DNA of 64,000 nt from Turneriella sp. Its GTDB lineage: Bacteria > Spirochaetota > Leptospiria > Turneriellales > Turneriellaceae. Under the pieces are notes generated by a model. That model saw only the letters and a program-made list of their open reading frames with translations, ran no database searches and had not been told where the DNA came from. The translations under genes and the position numbers were made by a program. Positions 40,438 to 50,582 of the stretch are shown one piece after another. Positions within the stretch are counted from its first letter, which is position 1. Every line of letters starts with the position of its first letter. The stretch lies in contig CBDIID010000003.1 of assembly GCA_965279515.1 (NCBI GenBank), positions 64,001 through 128,000 of the forward strand, given 5' to 3'.

Positions 40438-41121
40438 ATGTTCCAGAAATTTGGCCAGCTTTTGTTTCTGAGCGTCTCGATGTGTTTCTTCATAAACCCA
40501 AGCCTGATTGGAGCAAGTGATTACCCTGTCCCGGAAGGCTATTACCAAGGCCCCTGTGGAGAGTTATATACGGACAAATACATTGAGAATCTCATTAATT
40601 ATGATAGTTCAAAATCTACCCTTGTAAAGCATTTGGTACCATTACGCCATCTTAACCTACGATTAGAATTCTGGCCACAAAGTTATGGCTTTTATCTTGT
40701 TAAGACTTCACCTTCAAAGTATGAACGCTTCATGTTTTGGAAATGCAATTGTCACGGTCAGGATATGGGATTTAGCTTCAGCAAACTGAACCCCGCGGAT
40801 GACGCAAGTGTCGGCCTGTTCCTCTTAAGTGAACACTCGAGCGAATGGTCATGGAGCAAGAATTTGACGCCTGAAAGACGGTTCATTCGAAAAGAACGCC
40901 TTGAACGGAATCAGGTCTATGCCAAGGAGTTTTCTTTTGGTTTGAAGGACGGACGGGATGTTGTGCGAGCCGAACAGGCTGCTCAAGAAATAATTATTGA
41001 AAAGGAAAAAGCCTGGTCCTTTAATTTTAAGCTAATACCAATAGATTTGCGAGAAGGATTTTTTTGCCTTAAGCCCACTATTGAAGGCATTAAATCTGAT
41101 TTGTTTGAGCTTAAGAAGTGA
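40438..41121 (+). CDS. Cassette gene: exported hypothetical protein
   Basis: 227 aa, signal peptide. Confidence 0.75.
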   Translation: MFQKFGQLLFLSVSMCFFINPSLIGASDYPVPEGYYQGPCGELYTDKYIENLINYDSSKSTLVKHLVPLRHLNLRLEFWPQSYGFYLVKTSPSKYERFMFWKCNCHGQDMGFSFSKLNPADDASVGLFLLSEHSSEWSWSKNLTPERRFIRKERLERNQVYAKEFSFGLKDGRDVVRAEQAAQEIIIEKEKAWSFNFKLIPIDLREGFFCLKPTIEGIKSDLFELKK

Positions 41122-41178
41122 ACAGCGCCCGCACGATGCGGGCGAATGACCGTGAGTCATTAACCGTACAATTATTTC

Positions 41179-41399
41179 AGACAACGTGGAAAATACCCGA
41201 CGTTGATGGTGCGTCATGCAATAAATACAGGCTTATTTGGAAAGCCGCATACGGAGCACCATCAATGTGCCCGAAGCGCCTCTCTGAGGAGCGCGAAACA
41301 AACCTCTGGGTTTGCGCGACGAAGAGATCTGTGGCGCGGAGGGCCGAGCACACGACCCAGCGCAGCGGTCGTGCGCGCAGCGGATATTTTTTGTTAGCT
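41179..41399 (-). repeat. attC-like site 9
   Basis: AAC GTGG AAAATACCCG...CGGATATTTT TT GTT. Confidence 0.85.
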
Positions 41400-41444
41400 G
41401 CAGTTGCCGGTTCGGTAGCCGAGACCAAGGATGGTCGAGGCGAA

Positions 41445-41777
41445 TTACTTGCACCCAAGTTTATTGCAATATGTAGTTCGGATTTCTTGAGACTTAGATT
41501 CGCTTAACGCACCGACTCTGTATCGAATCAGCGACGTATGCAATGTATATATTTTGTCGCATCGGGCGAAGCTAGTCTTTGGCAATGTGCCACTTTTCAA
41601 GTCTGCCTGTTCAATTCGAATTGAATCGGGATGTCCCTGGTTTGAGGTAACAGAGAGGCAAATAAAATCGCCATTTCGGTCAGCAGGCGTCAGTACTACG
41701 ACCGGTCTCTGTTTGGAGCGAGCCAGGTCTGAGAAAGGAAAATTGACGGTTATCAGCTCAAACGGGCTTAAAGTCAT
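41445..41777 (-). CDS. mazF: PemK/MazF family toxin
   Basis: FPFSDLARSKQRPVVVL...G.LPKTSFARCDKIYTL. Confidence 0.88.
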   Translation of the reverse strand: MTLSPFELITVNFPFSDLARSKQRPVVVLTPADRNGDFICLSVTSNQGHPDSIRIEQADLKSGTLPKTSFARCDKIYTLHTSLIRYRVGALSESKSQEIRTTYCNKLGCK

Positions 41778-41958
41778 TCCAGGCATCGTCCTCGGCATTA
41801 TCCCACGTTTTCGAAAGAGATTCTGACTGTGCTAACATTAGATTGGCGTCATCGATGCCGTGCTTTTGCTCTAAATACCCAATAAAATCCATGACTTCTT
41901 GCACAATTGGCTGCGGGAGCCTCTGTAGTTCTTGATATGCTAATTCCGCTAGACTCAT
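41758..41958 (-). CDS. DUF2281-like antitoxin
   Basis: LQRLPQPIVQEVMDFIGYL...SLSKTWDNAEDDAW. Confidence 0.8.
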   Translation of the reverse strand: MSLAELAYQELQRLPQPIVQEVMDFIGYLEQKHGIDDANLMLAQSESLSKTWDNAEDDAWNDFKPV

Positions 41959-42116
41959 TAGATACCTTGCGCCCTTACTTGCTAAAATATATTGAGGTGT
42001 AAACTATTATTGGCGTTGGGGACTTATGTCAGCCATTTCTTGCTCTTTTCTGAGCAAATAGCGCTAAACCCCGGCATGGATGCCGGGAGCGGACATTTTG
42101 TCTCACCGGCAATTGC

Positions 42117-42333
42117 AGCTAACGTGGATTTTACGCTGACGTTTTTTGACGCTCGTGTCATTTATTCAATTTGTAAAGCCGATTTGCGTCAAAAAATGTG
42201 GTCGTAGCGGCTCGCGGCGACGCGCGCAAACACACCTCCCGGTGTGCGCGTCGTCCGCGATCTTTGCCGCCCAGACCCGAGCACGCGAGGAGCTACGGCA
42301 CCGCAGCGGCGCAGCGCGTAAAATTTGTTCTCT
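42117..42333 (-). repeat. attC-like site 10
   Basis: Same repeat family. Confidence 0.85.
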
Positions 42334-42460
42334 GACGTAGTTGCGGCTGCAAGCCCGGGCAGGGATGGCCGGGCGGCCACTTTATACAAAAATTCTTGGA
42401 CATAGAATAAACAAGCTTTACACACGAAGCCTGCTGAGCATATCGAATCTTATCTGTTCA

Positions 42461-42913
42461 ATGAGGCCAACAAGGATCCATTACTTCTACGCACAAAATT
42501 GGCCGTTAAAGCTTTGGTTCTGTTTTGCAATCTTACTGACGACGATAATTGTTTTGACTCTATCGGACTTAACAATTACAGCTCTTCAGAACTGGCGAGC
42601 TGTCGCTAGATTATTTGCAATATTAGTTTTAGGACCGCTCATTGGCTTTTTTGTAGGCCTATTATTTAGCTCGTTGATTGTCAGCCCTTTATACTTCAGC
42701 CAATTAGAAAAGAATGGAGGCCCTTTTCAAATTGGAGATCAAGTAGAGATACTCGTAAAACCCCACCGCGGACGAATTGTTCGTGTATATGCGCTCGGGC
42801 AAGGTTACAGTGTTCGGGTTGAGCTTGGCGCCGCAGAAAGGGAAAAATTCAAAGATTTCTTTAGCGGTACTGCGCTGCTTTTAAAGACCAGGAATAGCGT
42901 TCTGGGATCTTGA
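42461..42913 (+). CDS. Cassette gene: membrane protein with small C-terminal soluble domain
   Basis: Two TM helices; start placed at MRPTR. Confidence 0.7.
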   Translation: MRPTRIHYFYAQNWPLKLWFCFAILLTTIIVLTLSDLTITALQNWRAVARLFAILVLGPLIGFFVGLLFSSLIVSPLYFSQLEKNGGPFQIGDQVEILVKPHRGRIVRVYALGQGYSVRVELGAAEREKFKDFFSGTALLLKTRNSVLGS

Positions 42914-42977
42914 GTCTGTCCCAATTTTGTTAATGCGCCGACATGGATGTCGGCGGAGTACATGCCGCAACTATGTC

Positions 42978-43193
42978 AGAGAACGCGGAATTTACCTGAC
43001 ATTTGGTGACACTTATGTCATTAATTCAATCAGGAAAGCCGAATTGTGTCACCAAATGTGCCCGGAGCGCCTCGCGGCAAAGCACAAAACAAGCGTCCCG
43101 CTTGTGCTTTGTCCGCGATCTTCTGGCGCGTAGGGCCGAGCACGCGAGGAGCCACGGCACCGCAGCGAGCGCAGCAGGTAAATTTTGTTGTCT
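42978..43193 (-). repeat. attC-like site 11
   Basis: Same family, TTTGGTGACAC arm variant. Confidence 0.85.
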
Positions 43194-43201
43194 GAAGTGC
43201 G

Positions 43202-43864
43202 CTATTCGGTAATGACATTTGAAGCTATTTTGCAATACCTTGTAAGCTCGGGCTGGATTCTAAGAATTTGGGTCTTTGGGGAAATATAGAATGGAGTAGG
43301 TAAGTCAAGTGATTCCCTATTGATTTTGCGATCACTCTCTTTCGTTGCCATGATTTCAGATTCGTTCTTGAAATAGATATCAAGGAATAATCTATGAGCC
43401 CGCACTGATCGTACGATACGAAATTGACAGAATTTCCAAGAGTCAACCAGGAATGAAGTTTCTTTCAGGCCTGAGATGACAGTTAAATTTCCATTTTTTT
43501 GGAAGGATATTCTCTGAAAATTATTGAGGGCTGGTAGACCGAGCAAGACGGCAAAGACCGTAAAGAACAGGCAAACCCATAGGGGTGCCCATTGATTTCC
43601 AACCTCTGCGGCCATCTCATCGAAGGATTCCGGTCGAAAAAGCCTAGTTCGGGCAAATAAGAACAAGCCCATCAAGGAGAGAAGAAAAAAGAACGCCACG
43701 GCTAACAGATGCAGAAATGTCGGTTGCGTAGTAATGATAAAGTTTTGGCCATTATCTTGAAGCATAATATCGTGCCAGAAAATGAAACAGTAGCCTATTA
43801 CAGATAAAATGAACAGGATCGAAAAAAAAGTAAAGAATCGAGTTGCAATTCGTTTCTTAGACAT
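43202..43864 (-). CDS. Cassette gene: membrane protein
   Basis: 220 aa, three TM helices, fills the cassette. Confidence 0.75.
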   Translation of the reverse strand: MSKKRIATRFFTFFSILFILSVIGYCFIFWHDIMLQDNGQNFIITTQPTFLHLLAVAFFFLLSLMGLFLFARTRLFRPESFDEMAAEVGNQWAPLWVCLFFTVFAVLLGLPALNNFQRISFQKNGNLTVISGLKETSFLVDSWKFCQFRIVRSVRAHRLFLDIYFKNESEIMATKESDRKINRESLDLPTPFYISPKTQILRIQPELTRYCKIASNVITE

Positions 43865-43880
43865 AACTATAGCGCATTTC

Positions 43881-44098
43881 AGACAACGTTGGATTTTACG
43901 CTGACGTTTTTTGACGCTTGTGTCATTTATTCAATCTGTAAAGCCGATTTGCGTCAAAAAATGTGGTCGTAGCGGCTCGCGGCGACGCGCGAAAACACAC
44001 CTCCCGGTGTGCGCGTCGTCCGCGATCTTTGCCGCGGAGACCCGAGCACGCGAGGAGCTACGGCACCGCAGCGGCGCAGCGCGTAAAATTTGTTGGGC
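43881..44098 (-). repeat. attC-like site 12
   Basis: Same repeat family. Confidence 0.85.
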
Positions 44099-44189
44099 GC
44101 CGTTGTCGCTACGTAAAGCTCGGCCAAGGAGGGCCGAGCGTGAGCCTTTTCCCCTGATTATTCGAGAAAATGCTTTTTAGCCTGTTCAC

Positions 44190-44729
44190 ATGAAACAATT
44201 CGGAATTATGTCGCATTGGGGATGGACCATATTTCTTGTCATACTACTTGGGTGTAAAACCGCCCCGCCGGATTCGGTTGAAACGCTTAATGATGTTCAA
44301 TTAGAAGAGGACGAAGACCCCGCTGATTCAACGCGACTTATAATCAAGAAAATTGGACATACAGAGGCCAATGGCTTCAGACAATTAAGTGTACGAATCG
44401 AAATTTCTAGCTACGGCGAAGTTATGCAGTCTTTTCAAGAGCTCTTCATTACTTTTGGCTCGATTGAAAAGCTAGTCTTCGGTGAAAAGATTGCCTATTT
44501 CATTTCATGCGACAGGCAAGGGTCAACTTGGGCTGCCAAGAAAGCCATTATTGTATGGGATAAAGAAGGCATTTGGAGTATTTTGCCGCTGCATTTTGAT
44601 CGCGCCACGCTTCATAAAAATGAGAAGCGTTTCCTGATAGATGAGAAAATTGGCGTGATCGGCGAAAATCCTACTGGGAACCAGCTCTATGAGTTCAATG
44701 ATGGCTTGCTAACATTGTATAAACCCTGA
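44190..44729 (+). CDS. Cassette gene: putative lipoprotein
   Basis: Lipobox LLGC. Confidence 0.75.
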   Translation: MKQFGIMSHWGWTIFLVILLGCKTAPPDSVETLNDVQLEEDEDPADSTRLIIKKIGHTEANGFRQLSVRIEISSYGEVMQSFQELFITFGSIEKLVFGEKIAYFISCDRQGSTWAAKKAIIVWDKEGIWSILPLHFDRATLHKNEKRFLIDEKIGVIGENPTGNQLYEFNDGLLTLYKP

Positions 44730-44807
44730 CTGACGTCATCCTGTTCAGCTTGCAAACAGGCGCGCAAGGATGCGCGCGAAATCGAAATTGATTTATGCGA
44801 CAATGGC

Positions 44808-45023
44808 GCCCAACGTGGAAAATACCCGAATTGCGCCCTCGCGGGTGTAAAGTGTAAATAATCACGGTTTATGCGACTTTCGTGGGAGCGCATTTGCCCG
44901 GAGCGCCTCGCGAGCCCGCCAATGCAGGCCCACTGGCCTGCGGGCGCAGCGATCTTTGGCGCGCAGGGCCGAGCACGCGACCCAACGTAGTGGTCGCGGC
45001 GCAGCGGGTATTTTTTGTTCTCT
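44808..45023 (-). repeat. attC-like site 13
   Basis: AAAATACCCG subtype with GCAGGCCCACTGGCCTGC arm. Confidence 0.85.
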
Positions 45024-45349
45024 GCCGTTGTTGACCGCGGTTACCTGCGCGGCCATGGCGTTTTACATGCCGACCCAACCGGGCAAGAGCGCCGTCGGTT
45101 AAACTTTATTTAATTTCAAAAGCCAAGCTTTGACTTGCTAAGTGTAGCATTCGATATAACCAAAGATTGCCTTGCAATCTTTGTCGGCAGCTTACGGCAG
45201 AAAGCAAGGCGTGTAATACGCCGTGGTCTTTGCCGCGCTTGTGCTAAACCTCTTCGCGCCAAAGTTCTTAGGGGGAGGGCAACCATTGCCCAGGTTAACG
45301 CCTTTGTCTTTTGCGCGCTCGTGGGAGCGAGGCAACAATGGCAGAGAAC
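45017..45349. other. ORF-less, hairpin-rich cassette
   Basis: Matching ends GTTCTCTGCCGTTGTTG / CAACAATGGCAGAGAAC; several hairpins; no convincing ORF. Confidence 0.6.
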
Positions 45350-45557
45350 GTGGAATTTACCTGAGGTTGAGTGACGCTTTGTTCAGCTTTGTATTTTGTA
45401 AAGCCATATTGCGTCACTCAATCTGCCCGGAGCGCCTCGCGGCAAAGCACAAAACAAGCGGCCCGCTTGTGCTTTGTCCGCGATCTTTGGCGCGTAGGGC
45501 CGAGCACGCGAGGAGCCACGGCACCGCAGCGAGCGCAGCAGGTAAATTTTGTTGTCT
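45343..45557 (-). repeat. attC-like site 14
   Basis: Same repeat family. Confidence 0.85.
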
Positions 45558-45634
45558 GAAGTTGCCATGCAATTAGGTTTTTTCGACTTTGGACCACAAT
45601 CCCCTTAGGTCGGCCAATTCTTTTCGGGCAATCT

Positions 45635-46075
45635 CTACATATGGCTCAGAGTCGAGCCCATGTCCGGACTGAGTATTTCATTATTGATCTTCACCATAAT
45701 TTTACTGGGATCGACAGTAATTCGTTGAGAAATATTTGGTCGAATTCTAAGGCTTAGTATCGTATCGTCTTTGTTGTTTTCTTCTGGGAAGTAGTAGTAA
45801 GAAACTATTCCTGGCACCCAGGGAATAATAGGGAATACGGGCCCAACCCAGAATGTTTCAATTCGATCAGGTCGTATTCTCAAGCCCAAATCTACTGCTT
45901 TTGTTTCGTAATAGAAATTCAAGATCTTGAATTCTTTCAGATTTGAATACCCGCCAAAAAGAGTGGTTCTTTCCAATTCTTTTGCCGGTTTTTCTGCAGC
46001 TCGATAAATAAATTTATTATATGAGATGCAAGAAAAAAGAAGTAATGGAAAAAGGAATGGGAATAATTTACTCAT
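45635..46075 (-). CDS. Cassette gene: putative lipoprotein, possibly 3'-truncated
   Basis: LLFSC lipobox; cassette ends do not match each other. Confidence 0.65.
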   Translation of the reverse strand: MSKLFPFLFPLLLFSCISYNKFIYRAAEKPAKELERTTLFGGYSNLKEFKILNFYYETKAVDLGLRIRPDRIETFWVGPVFPIIPWVPGIVSYYYFPEENNKDDTILSLRIRPNISQRITVDPSKIMVKINNEILSPDMGSTLSHM

Positions 46076-46086
46076 ATGACAATTGC

Positions 46087-46302
46087 AGCTAACGTGGATT
46101 TTACGCTGACGTTTTTTGACGCCTGCGTCATTTATTCAATTTGTAAAGCCGATTTGCGTCAAAAAATGTGGTCGTAGCGGCTCGCAGTGGCGCGCAAAAG
46201 CAAGCGTCCCGCTTGCGCGACATCTGCGATCTTTGCCGCGGAGACCCGAGCACGCGAGGAGCTACTGCACCGCAGCGGCGCAGCGCGTAAAATTTGTTAG
46301 GC
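46087..46302 (-). repeat. attC-like site 15
   Basis: Near-identical to site 2. Confidence 0.85.
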
Positions 46303-46420
46303 GACGTTGCCGCGAGCTCGGGTCGGGCAAGGAGGCCCGAACCGAATCCCGAGTAACGGCGGGGTTGCAAACTTCGTTTACATGATAAATGTTTTAAATT
46401 TTTGCGAATTTAAGATTAAT

Positions 46421-46840
46421 ATGAAAACCGGCGCTAAGATTCTTTTATGTTATGAAGCAATTATTTTGGTAGCTCTAAGTTACATTGTTACTGATTTTTT
46501 CAGGCATGATACTAGGATATCAGGTAAGGTAGTAGGGAAAACTGATACGCTGAATAAAGGGCGCTTAGCTACATACCTAGATGTGCAATACTCATTTGAA
46601 GGTTCTAAGTATACCGGGCAAGCAAACTATCCGTTTAGAAGCGACGAAAAGCGGCCATTGATTGAAGATCAGGTGGAAATTAAGCTAAATAGCAAAAAGC
46701 CAGATAGTTTCTTTTTACCTCGGTACAATCTGTATTTAAGTGGCATAATTGCCCTAACACTTCTCGGTGCATTCGGATTTGTCATAGCTTATGTCATTAA
46801 GAATATGCCGATTTCTGAAAATCGGTCTGAAGGAGAATAA
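46421..46840 (+). CDS. Cassette gene: DUF3592-like membrane protein
   Basis: TM - GKVV...VQYSFEG.KY...VEI..N.KKP - TM architecture. Confidence 0.7.
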   Translation: MKTGAKILLCYEAIILVALSYIVTDFFRHDTRISGKVVGKTDTLNKGRLATYLDVQYSFEGSKYTGQANYPFRSDEKRPLIEDQVEIKLNSKKPDSFFLPRYNLYLSGIIALTLLGAFGFVIAYVIKNMPISENRSEGE

Positions 46841-46904
46841 GTATCAAAACGAAATGCCGCGCCCGCACGGATGCGGGCGAAAAAAATGCGACGCGGCAAT
46901 GTTC

Positions 46905-47121
46905 GCCTAACGTGGAAAATACCCGAATTGCGCCCGCGCGGGTGTAAAGTGTAAATAATCACGGTTTTATGCGACTTTCGTGGGAGCGCATTTGCCCGTA
47001 GCGCCTCGCGAGCCCGCCAATGCAGGCCCACTGGCCTGCGGGCGTAGCGATCTTCGGCGCGTAGGGCCGAGCACGCGACCCAGCGTAGCGGTCGCGGCGC
47101 AGCGGGTATTTTTTGTTAGCC
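46905..47121 (-). repeat. attC-like site 16
   Basis: Matches site 19 from the AAC onward. Confidence 0.85.
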
Positions 47122-47308
47122 GCCGTTACCGGATTCGCGCGGCTGGCGAACAACCCGAAGGTCAGCTATATACTGTATTTCGATCTTATTAGTCACCGAG
47201 GAGTTGTCGCCAGGATCAAAGGCGTAAGCAGCGAAATCTGGCTGTATTTTCTGATAAAAAATCCTCTTTTTCTCCCCTTCGGGCGCGAAGGAGGTAATGG
47301 TGGCTAAC
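47115..47308. other. ORF-less ~190-bp cassette, copy 1
   Basis: Repeated at 49250 and 51374. Confidence 0.8.
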
Positions 47309-47521
47309 GTGGAAAATACCCGAATTGCGCCCCCGCGGCTGTAAAGTGTAAATAATCACGGCTTTATGCGACTTTCGCGGGAGCGCATTTGCCCGTAGCG
47401 CCTCGCGAGCCTGCCAAAAGCACACCTCCCGGTGTGGCAGGCGCAGCGATCTTTGGCGCGTAGGGCCGAGCACGCCCGCCAACGAAGTGCGGGCGAGCGG
47501 AGCGGGTATTTTTTGTTAGGC
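47302..47521 (-). repeat. attC-like site 17
   Basis: Same repeat family. Confidence 0.85.
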
Positions 47522-47623
47522 GCCGTTTGGCGGATATCAGGGGAAAAGCTTGCCAGCCATGGAGGGCTGGCAAGAAGCCTAAAAAAAGATGACATGCAGA
47601 GGGCACTTTTATATGTTTTGCCT

Positions 47624-47836
47624 ATGTCTGTCTCTACTGATCCGAAAGTTATGGGTGGAAAGCCATGTATCACCGGCACTCGAGTAACAGTAGGTGTCAT
47701 TTTAGGTTTAATAGCAAGCGGCAGGACTAATTCGGAAATTCTCGCCGCATACCCATATTTAACAGAGAAAGGCATACGCGAAGCGATAGAGTATGCGGCT
47801 TGGCGTATGCAAGAGCAAGAAGTCGCTCTAAACTAA
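47624..47836 (+). CDS. DUF433 antitoxin
   Basis: DPKVMGGKPCITGTRVTV...EILAAYPYL. Confidence 0.88.
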   Translation: MSVSTDPKVMGGKPCITGTRVTVGVILGLIASGRTNSEILAAYPYLTEKGIREAIEYAAWRMQEQEVALN

Positions 47837-47839
47837 CCC

Positions 47840-48208
47840 TTGAAGTTACTGATTGATATGAATTTGTCACCCGCATGGGTGAAATTCTTAGCGGATAATG
47901 GCTTTGAAGCAATTCATTGGTCGAGAATCGGCGCTGGCAATGCACCTGACGAAGACCTTATGTCCTGGGCTGTTGCCAATAAGCATATTGTTTTCACCGA
48001 AGATTTAGACTTTTCTGAGCTCATCGCTTTGACCAACGCAAAAGAACCAAGCATACTTCAAATTCGCAGTCAGGATAACCTGCCCGATGCGGCTGGTCAT
48101 TTCGTGCTCACGGCATTGAATCGATTTGGACCGGAACTCGAATCAGGTGCAATTGTTGTCCTGGATCAGAAAAAATCTCGCGCCCGCATTTTACCATTTC
48201 AAAAATAG
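47840..48208 (+). CDS. DUF5615 PIN-like toxin
   Basis: MKLLIDMNLSP...D.DL..WA...VFTEDLDF. Confidence 0.88.
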   Translation: MKLLIDMNLSPAWVKFLADNGFEAIHWSRIGAGNAPDEDLMSWAVANKHIVFTEDLDFSELIALTNAKEPSILQIRSQDNLPDAAGHFVLTALNRFGPELESGAIVVLDQKKSRARILPFQK

Positions 48209-48257
48209 CCCGACCATGGATGGTCGGGAGATCAAATAGGAGCCACCGACAAATGGT

Positions 48258-48473
48258 GCCTAACGTGGAATTTACCTGAGGTTGAGTGACGCTTCGTTCA
48301 ACTTTGTGTTCTGTAAAGCCATTTTGCGTCACTCAATCTGCCCGAAGCGCCTCGCGGCAAAGCACAAAACAAGCGTCCCGCTTGTGCTTTGTCCGCGATC
48401 TTCTGGCGCGTAGGGCCGAGCACGCGAGGAGCCACGGCACCGCAGCGAGCGCAGCAGGTAAATTTTGTTGTCT
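48258..48473 (-). repeat. attC-like site 18
   Basis: Same repeat family. Confidence 0.85.
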
Positions 48474-48509
48474 GAAGTGCCGCAATTCGGATTCTTAAAG
48501 TCGCGGCCA

Positions 48510-49022
48510 TCAGGGCCCACCACCCACGGGACCAACATCCATACCATCGTAGGATGCTAACCCCATTTTTACAGCAAAATCATGTAACTCAGAGTTCCGT
48601 TTATTTAACGATTCAACGGTATGTACCTCTACTTTCTCTACATGAAGCCACCAGATTTTTGAATCATCGTCGGATTTGTGAATATTGTTAAAATGGTAAC
48701 CTTTGCTCAAAAGCGCTTTTTTAGCGCTTTCGAGTAACTTGCGATCTGCATCCGTAAAGAAATATCCCCAAAGAAGGGGTTTCTTTAGGTCTATAGAGGG
48801 TTCGCTCTTAAGCTTTGCGAACAAATCTTCCAGGATTTCGATGGAAATGTTGTTCTTCCCCGCACTCATCGTGGCTCTGCTTTTCTTAGAAGGACTTGGG
48901 GTACCATCCTGACATTGTACGTATGCAACTGCGAGGAAGATTGTCAATAATTGCCGGGTTCGGAAGACCAAGTTCATCGTTTGATTGTCATTCCCGATTT
49001 TTGGCCGCGTCGGATAAAGCAT
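48510..49022 (-). CDS. Cassette gene: RraB-like domain protein with N-terminal signal
   Basis: PLLWGYFFTD...WWLHVEKVE.H...YDGMDVG. Confidence 0.7.
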   Translation of the reverse strand: MLYPTRPKIGNDNQTMNLVFRTRQLLTIFLAVAYVQCQDGTPSPSKKSRATMSAGKNNISIEILEDLFAKLKSEPSIDLKKPLLWGYFFTDADRKLLESAKKALLSKGYHFNNIHKSDDDSKIWWLHVEKVEVHTVESLNKRNSELHDFAVKMGLASYDGMDVGPVGGGP

Positions 49023-49039
49023 ATTTATTGCGGCATTTC

Positions 49040-49256
49040 AGACAACGTGGAAAATACCCGAATTGCGCCCGCGCGGGTGTAAAGTGTAAATAATCACGGT
49101 TTTATGCGACTTTCGTGGGAGCGCATTTGCCCGTAGCGCCTCGCGAGCCCGCCAATGCAGGCCCACTGGCCTGCGGGCGTAGCGATCTTCGGCGCGTAGG
49201 GCCGAGCACGCGACCCAGCGTAGCGGTCGCGGCGCAGCGGGTATTTTTTGTTAGCC
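49040..49256 (-). repeat. attC-like site 19
   Basis: Same repeat family. Confidence 0.85.
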
Positions 49257-49437
49257 GCCGTTACCGGATTCGCGCGGCTGGCGAACAACCCGAAGGTCAG
49301 CTATATACTGTATTTCGATCTTATTAGTCACCGAGGAGTTGTCGCCAGGATCAAAGGCGTAAGCAGCGAAATCTGGCTGTATTTTCTGATAAAAAATCCT
49401 CTTTTTCTCCCCTTCGGGCGCAAGTATTGCCGACAAC
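49250..49437. other. ORF-less cassette, copy 2, with a foreign right end
   Basis: Matches copy 1 up to CTTCGGGCGC, then AAGTATTGCCGACAAC. Confidence 0.8.
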
Positions 49438-49646
49438 GTGGAATTTACCTGACGTTTGGTGACACTTATGTCATTAATTCAATCAGGAAAGCCGCCTTGT
49501 GTCACCAAATGTGCCCGAAGCGCCTCGCGGCAAAGCACAAAACAAGCGTCCCGCTTGTGCTTTGTCCGCGATCTTCTGGCGCGTAGGGCCGAGCACCCGA
49601 GGAGCTACGGCACCGCAGGGAGCGCAGCAGGTAAATTTTGTTGGCC
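49431..49646 (-). repeat. attC-like site 20
   Basis: Same repeat family. Confidence 0.85.
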
Positions 49647-49656
49647 GCCGTTAGCG

Positions 49657-50322
49657 TCACCAAAGCCCCTTTTCTCGCTGTTTTCTTATCGTAGCAATCA
49701 TTTTTGCCCTGTACTCCCCTGGATCACCTGATAGTAGGGACTCTGCCAGATTCTTATCCTTCAAGTTTCCTGATTTAGTTTTTAGGAATTGTCGAATCTG
49801 TTTATGATTCTTGGCGTTGCTGCAAATTGACCACTGGGCAGATGCGCCGATTAAGTATTCATTTAGTGATTTCAAGTCCATGCCGCGCTCGGCTGCCATG
49901 AAAAGCTCCTGTAGGTACTTGTCATTCCCTGTTGAAAAAAATGACCCCCAAAGTGCATCATTTCGTCCCGGCGAAGGCGGGAATTCTGCAAGGAGTCTTT
50001 CGTGATCGGCTCTTAATATCACGATCAAGGCTGCTTTTGCGTTTTCTGGCGCTGAATTTATGACTTTTGAAAACCCATTCTTCAGATTTGGATTGTCTTG
50101 CAGGATTCTAGTGAAAAAGACATTTAGTGGTGCTTGACCGTTTGGGCTATCAGCGGCAAACGCAGAATATATTTTTAGAAATTTTACTGCATCTTGTGGT
50201 TTAGGCTGCATGTAATAGCTATTTATGAACTCATCGAGGTTGGATTTCTCCTCAAGCTCAGCCGAGTAAATGTGAATGCTCGTAAGTAGCAAAAAAGCCC
50301 AAACTTTGTAAGCGAATTTCAT
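49657..50322 (-). CDS. Cassette gene: exported hypothetical protein
   Basis: AGGAG RBS, signal peptide, NDALWGSFFSTG. Confidence 0.8.
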   Translation of the reverse strand: MKFAYKVWAFLLLTSIHIYSAELEEKSNLDEFINSYYMQPKPQDAVKFLKIYSAFAADSPNGQAPLNVFFTRILQDNPNLKNGFSKVINSAPENAKAALIVILRADHERLLAEFPPSPGRNDALWGSFFSTGNDKYLQELFMAAERGMDLKSLNEYLIGASAQWSICSNAKNHKQIRQFLKTKSGNLKDKNLAESLLSGDPGEYRAKMIATIRKQREKGLW

Positions 50323-50347
50323 TGAGAACTCCTTGATAGCTAATGGC

Positions 50348-50563
50348 GGCCAACGTGGAATTTACCTGACGATTGGTGACACTTGTGTCATTAATTCAAT
50401 CAGGAAAGCCGAATTGTGTCACCAATTGTGCCCGGAGCGCCTCGCGGCAAAGCACAAAACAAGCGTCCCGCTTGTGCTTTGTCCGCGATCTTCTGGCGCG
50501 TAGGGCCGAGCACGCGAGGAGCTACGGCACCGCAGCGAGCGCAGCAGGTAAATTTTGTTGGGT
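50348..50563 (-). repeat. attC-like site 21
   Basis: Same repeat family. Confidence 0.85.
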
Positions 50564-50582
50564 GCCGTACCGCATCGGTAAA

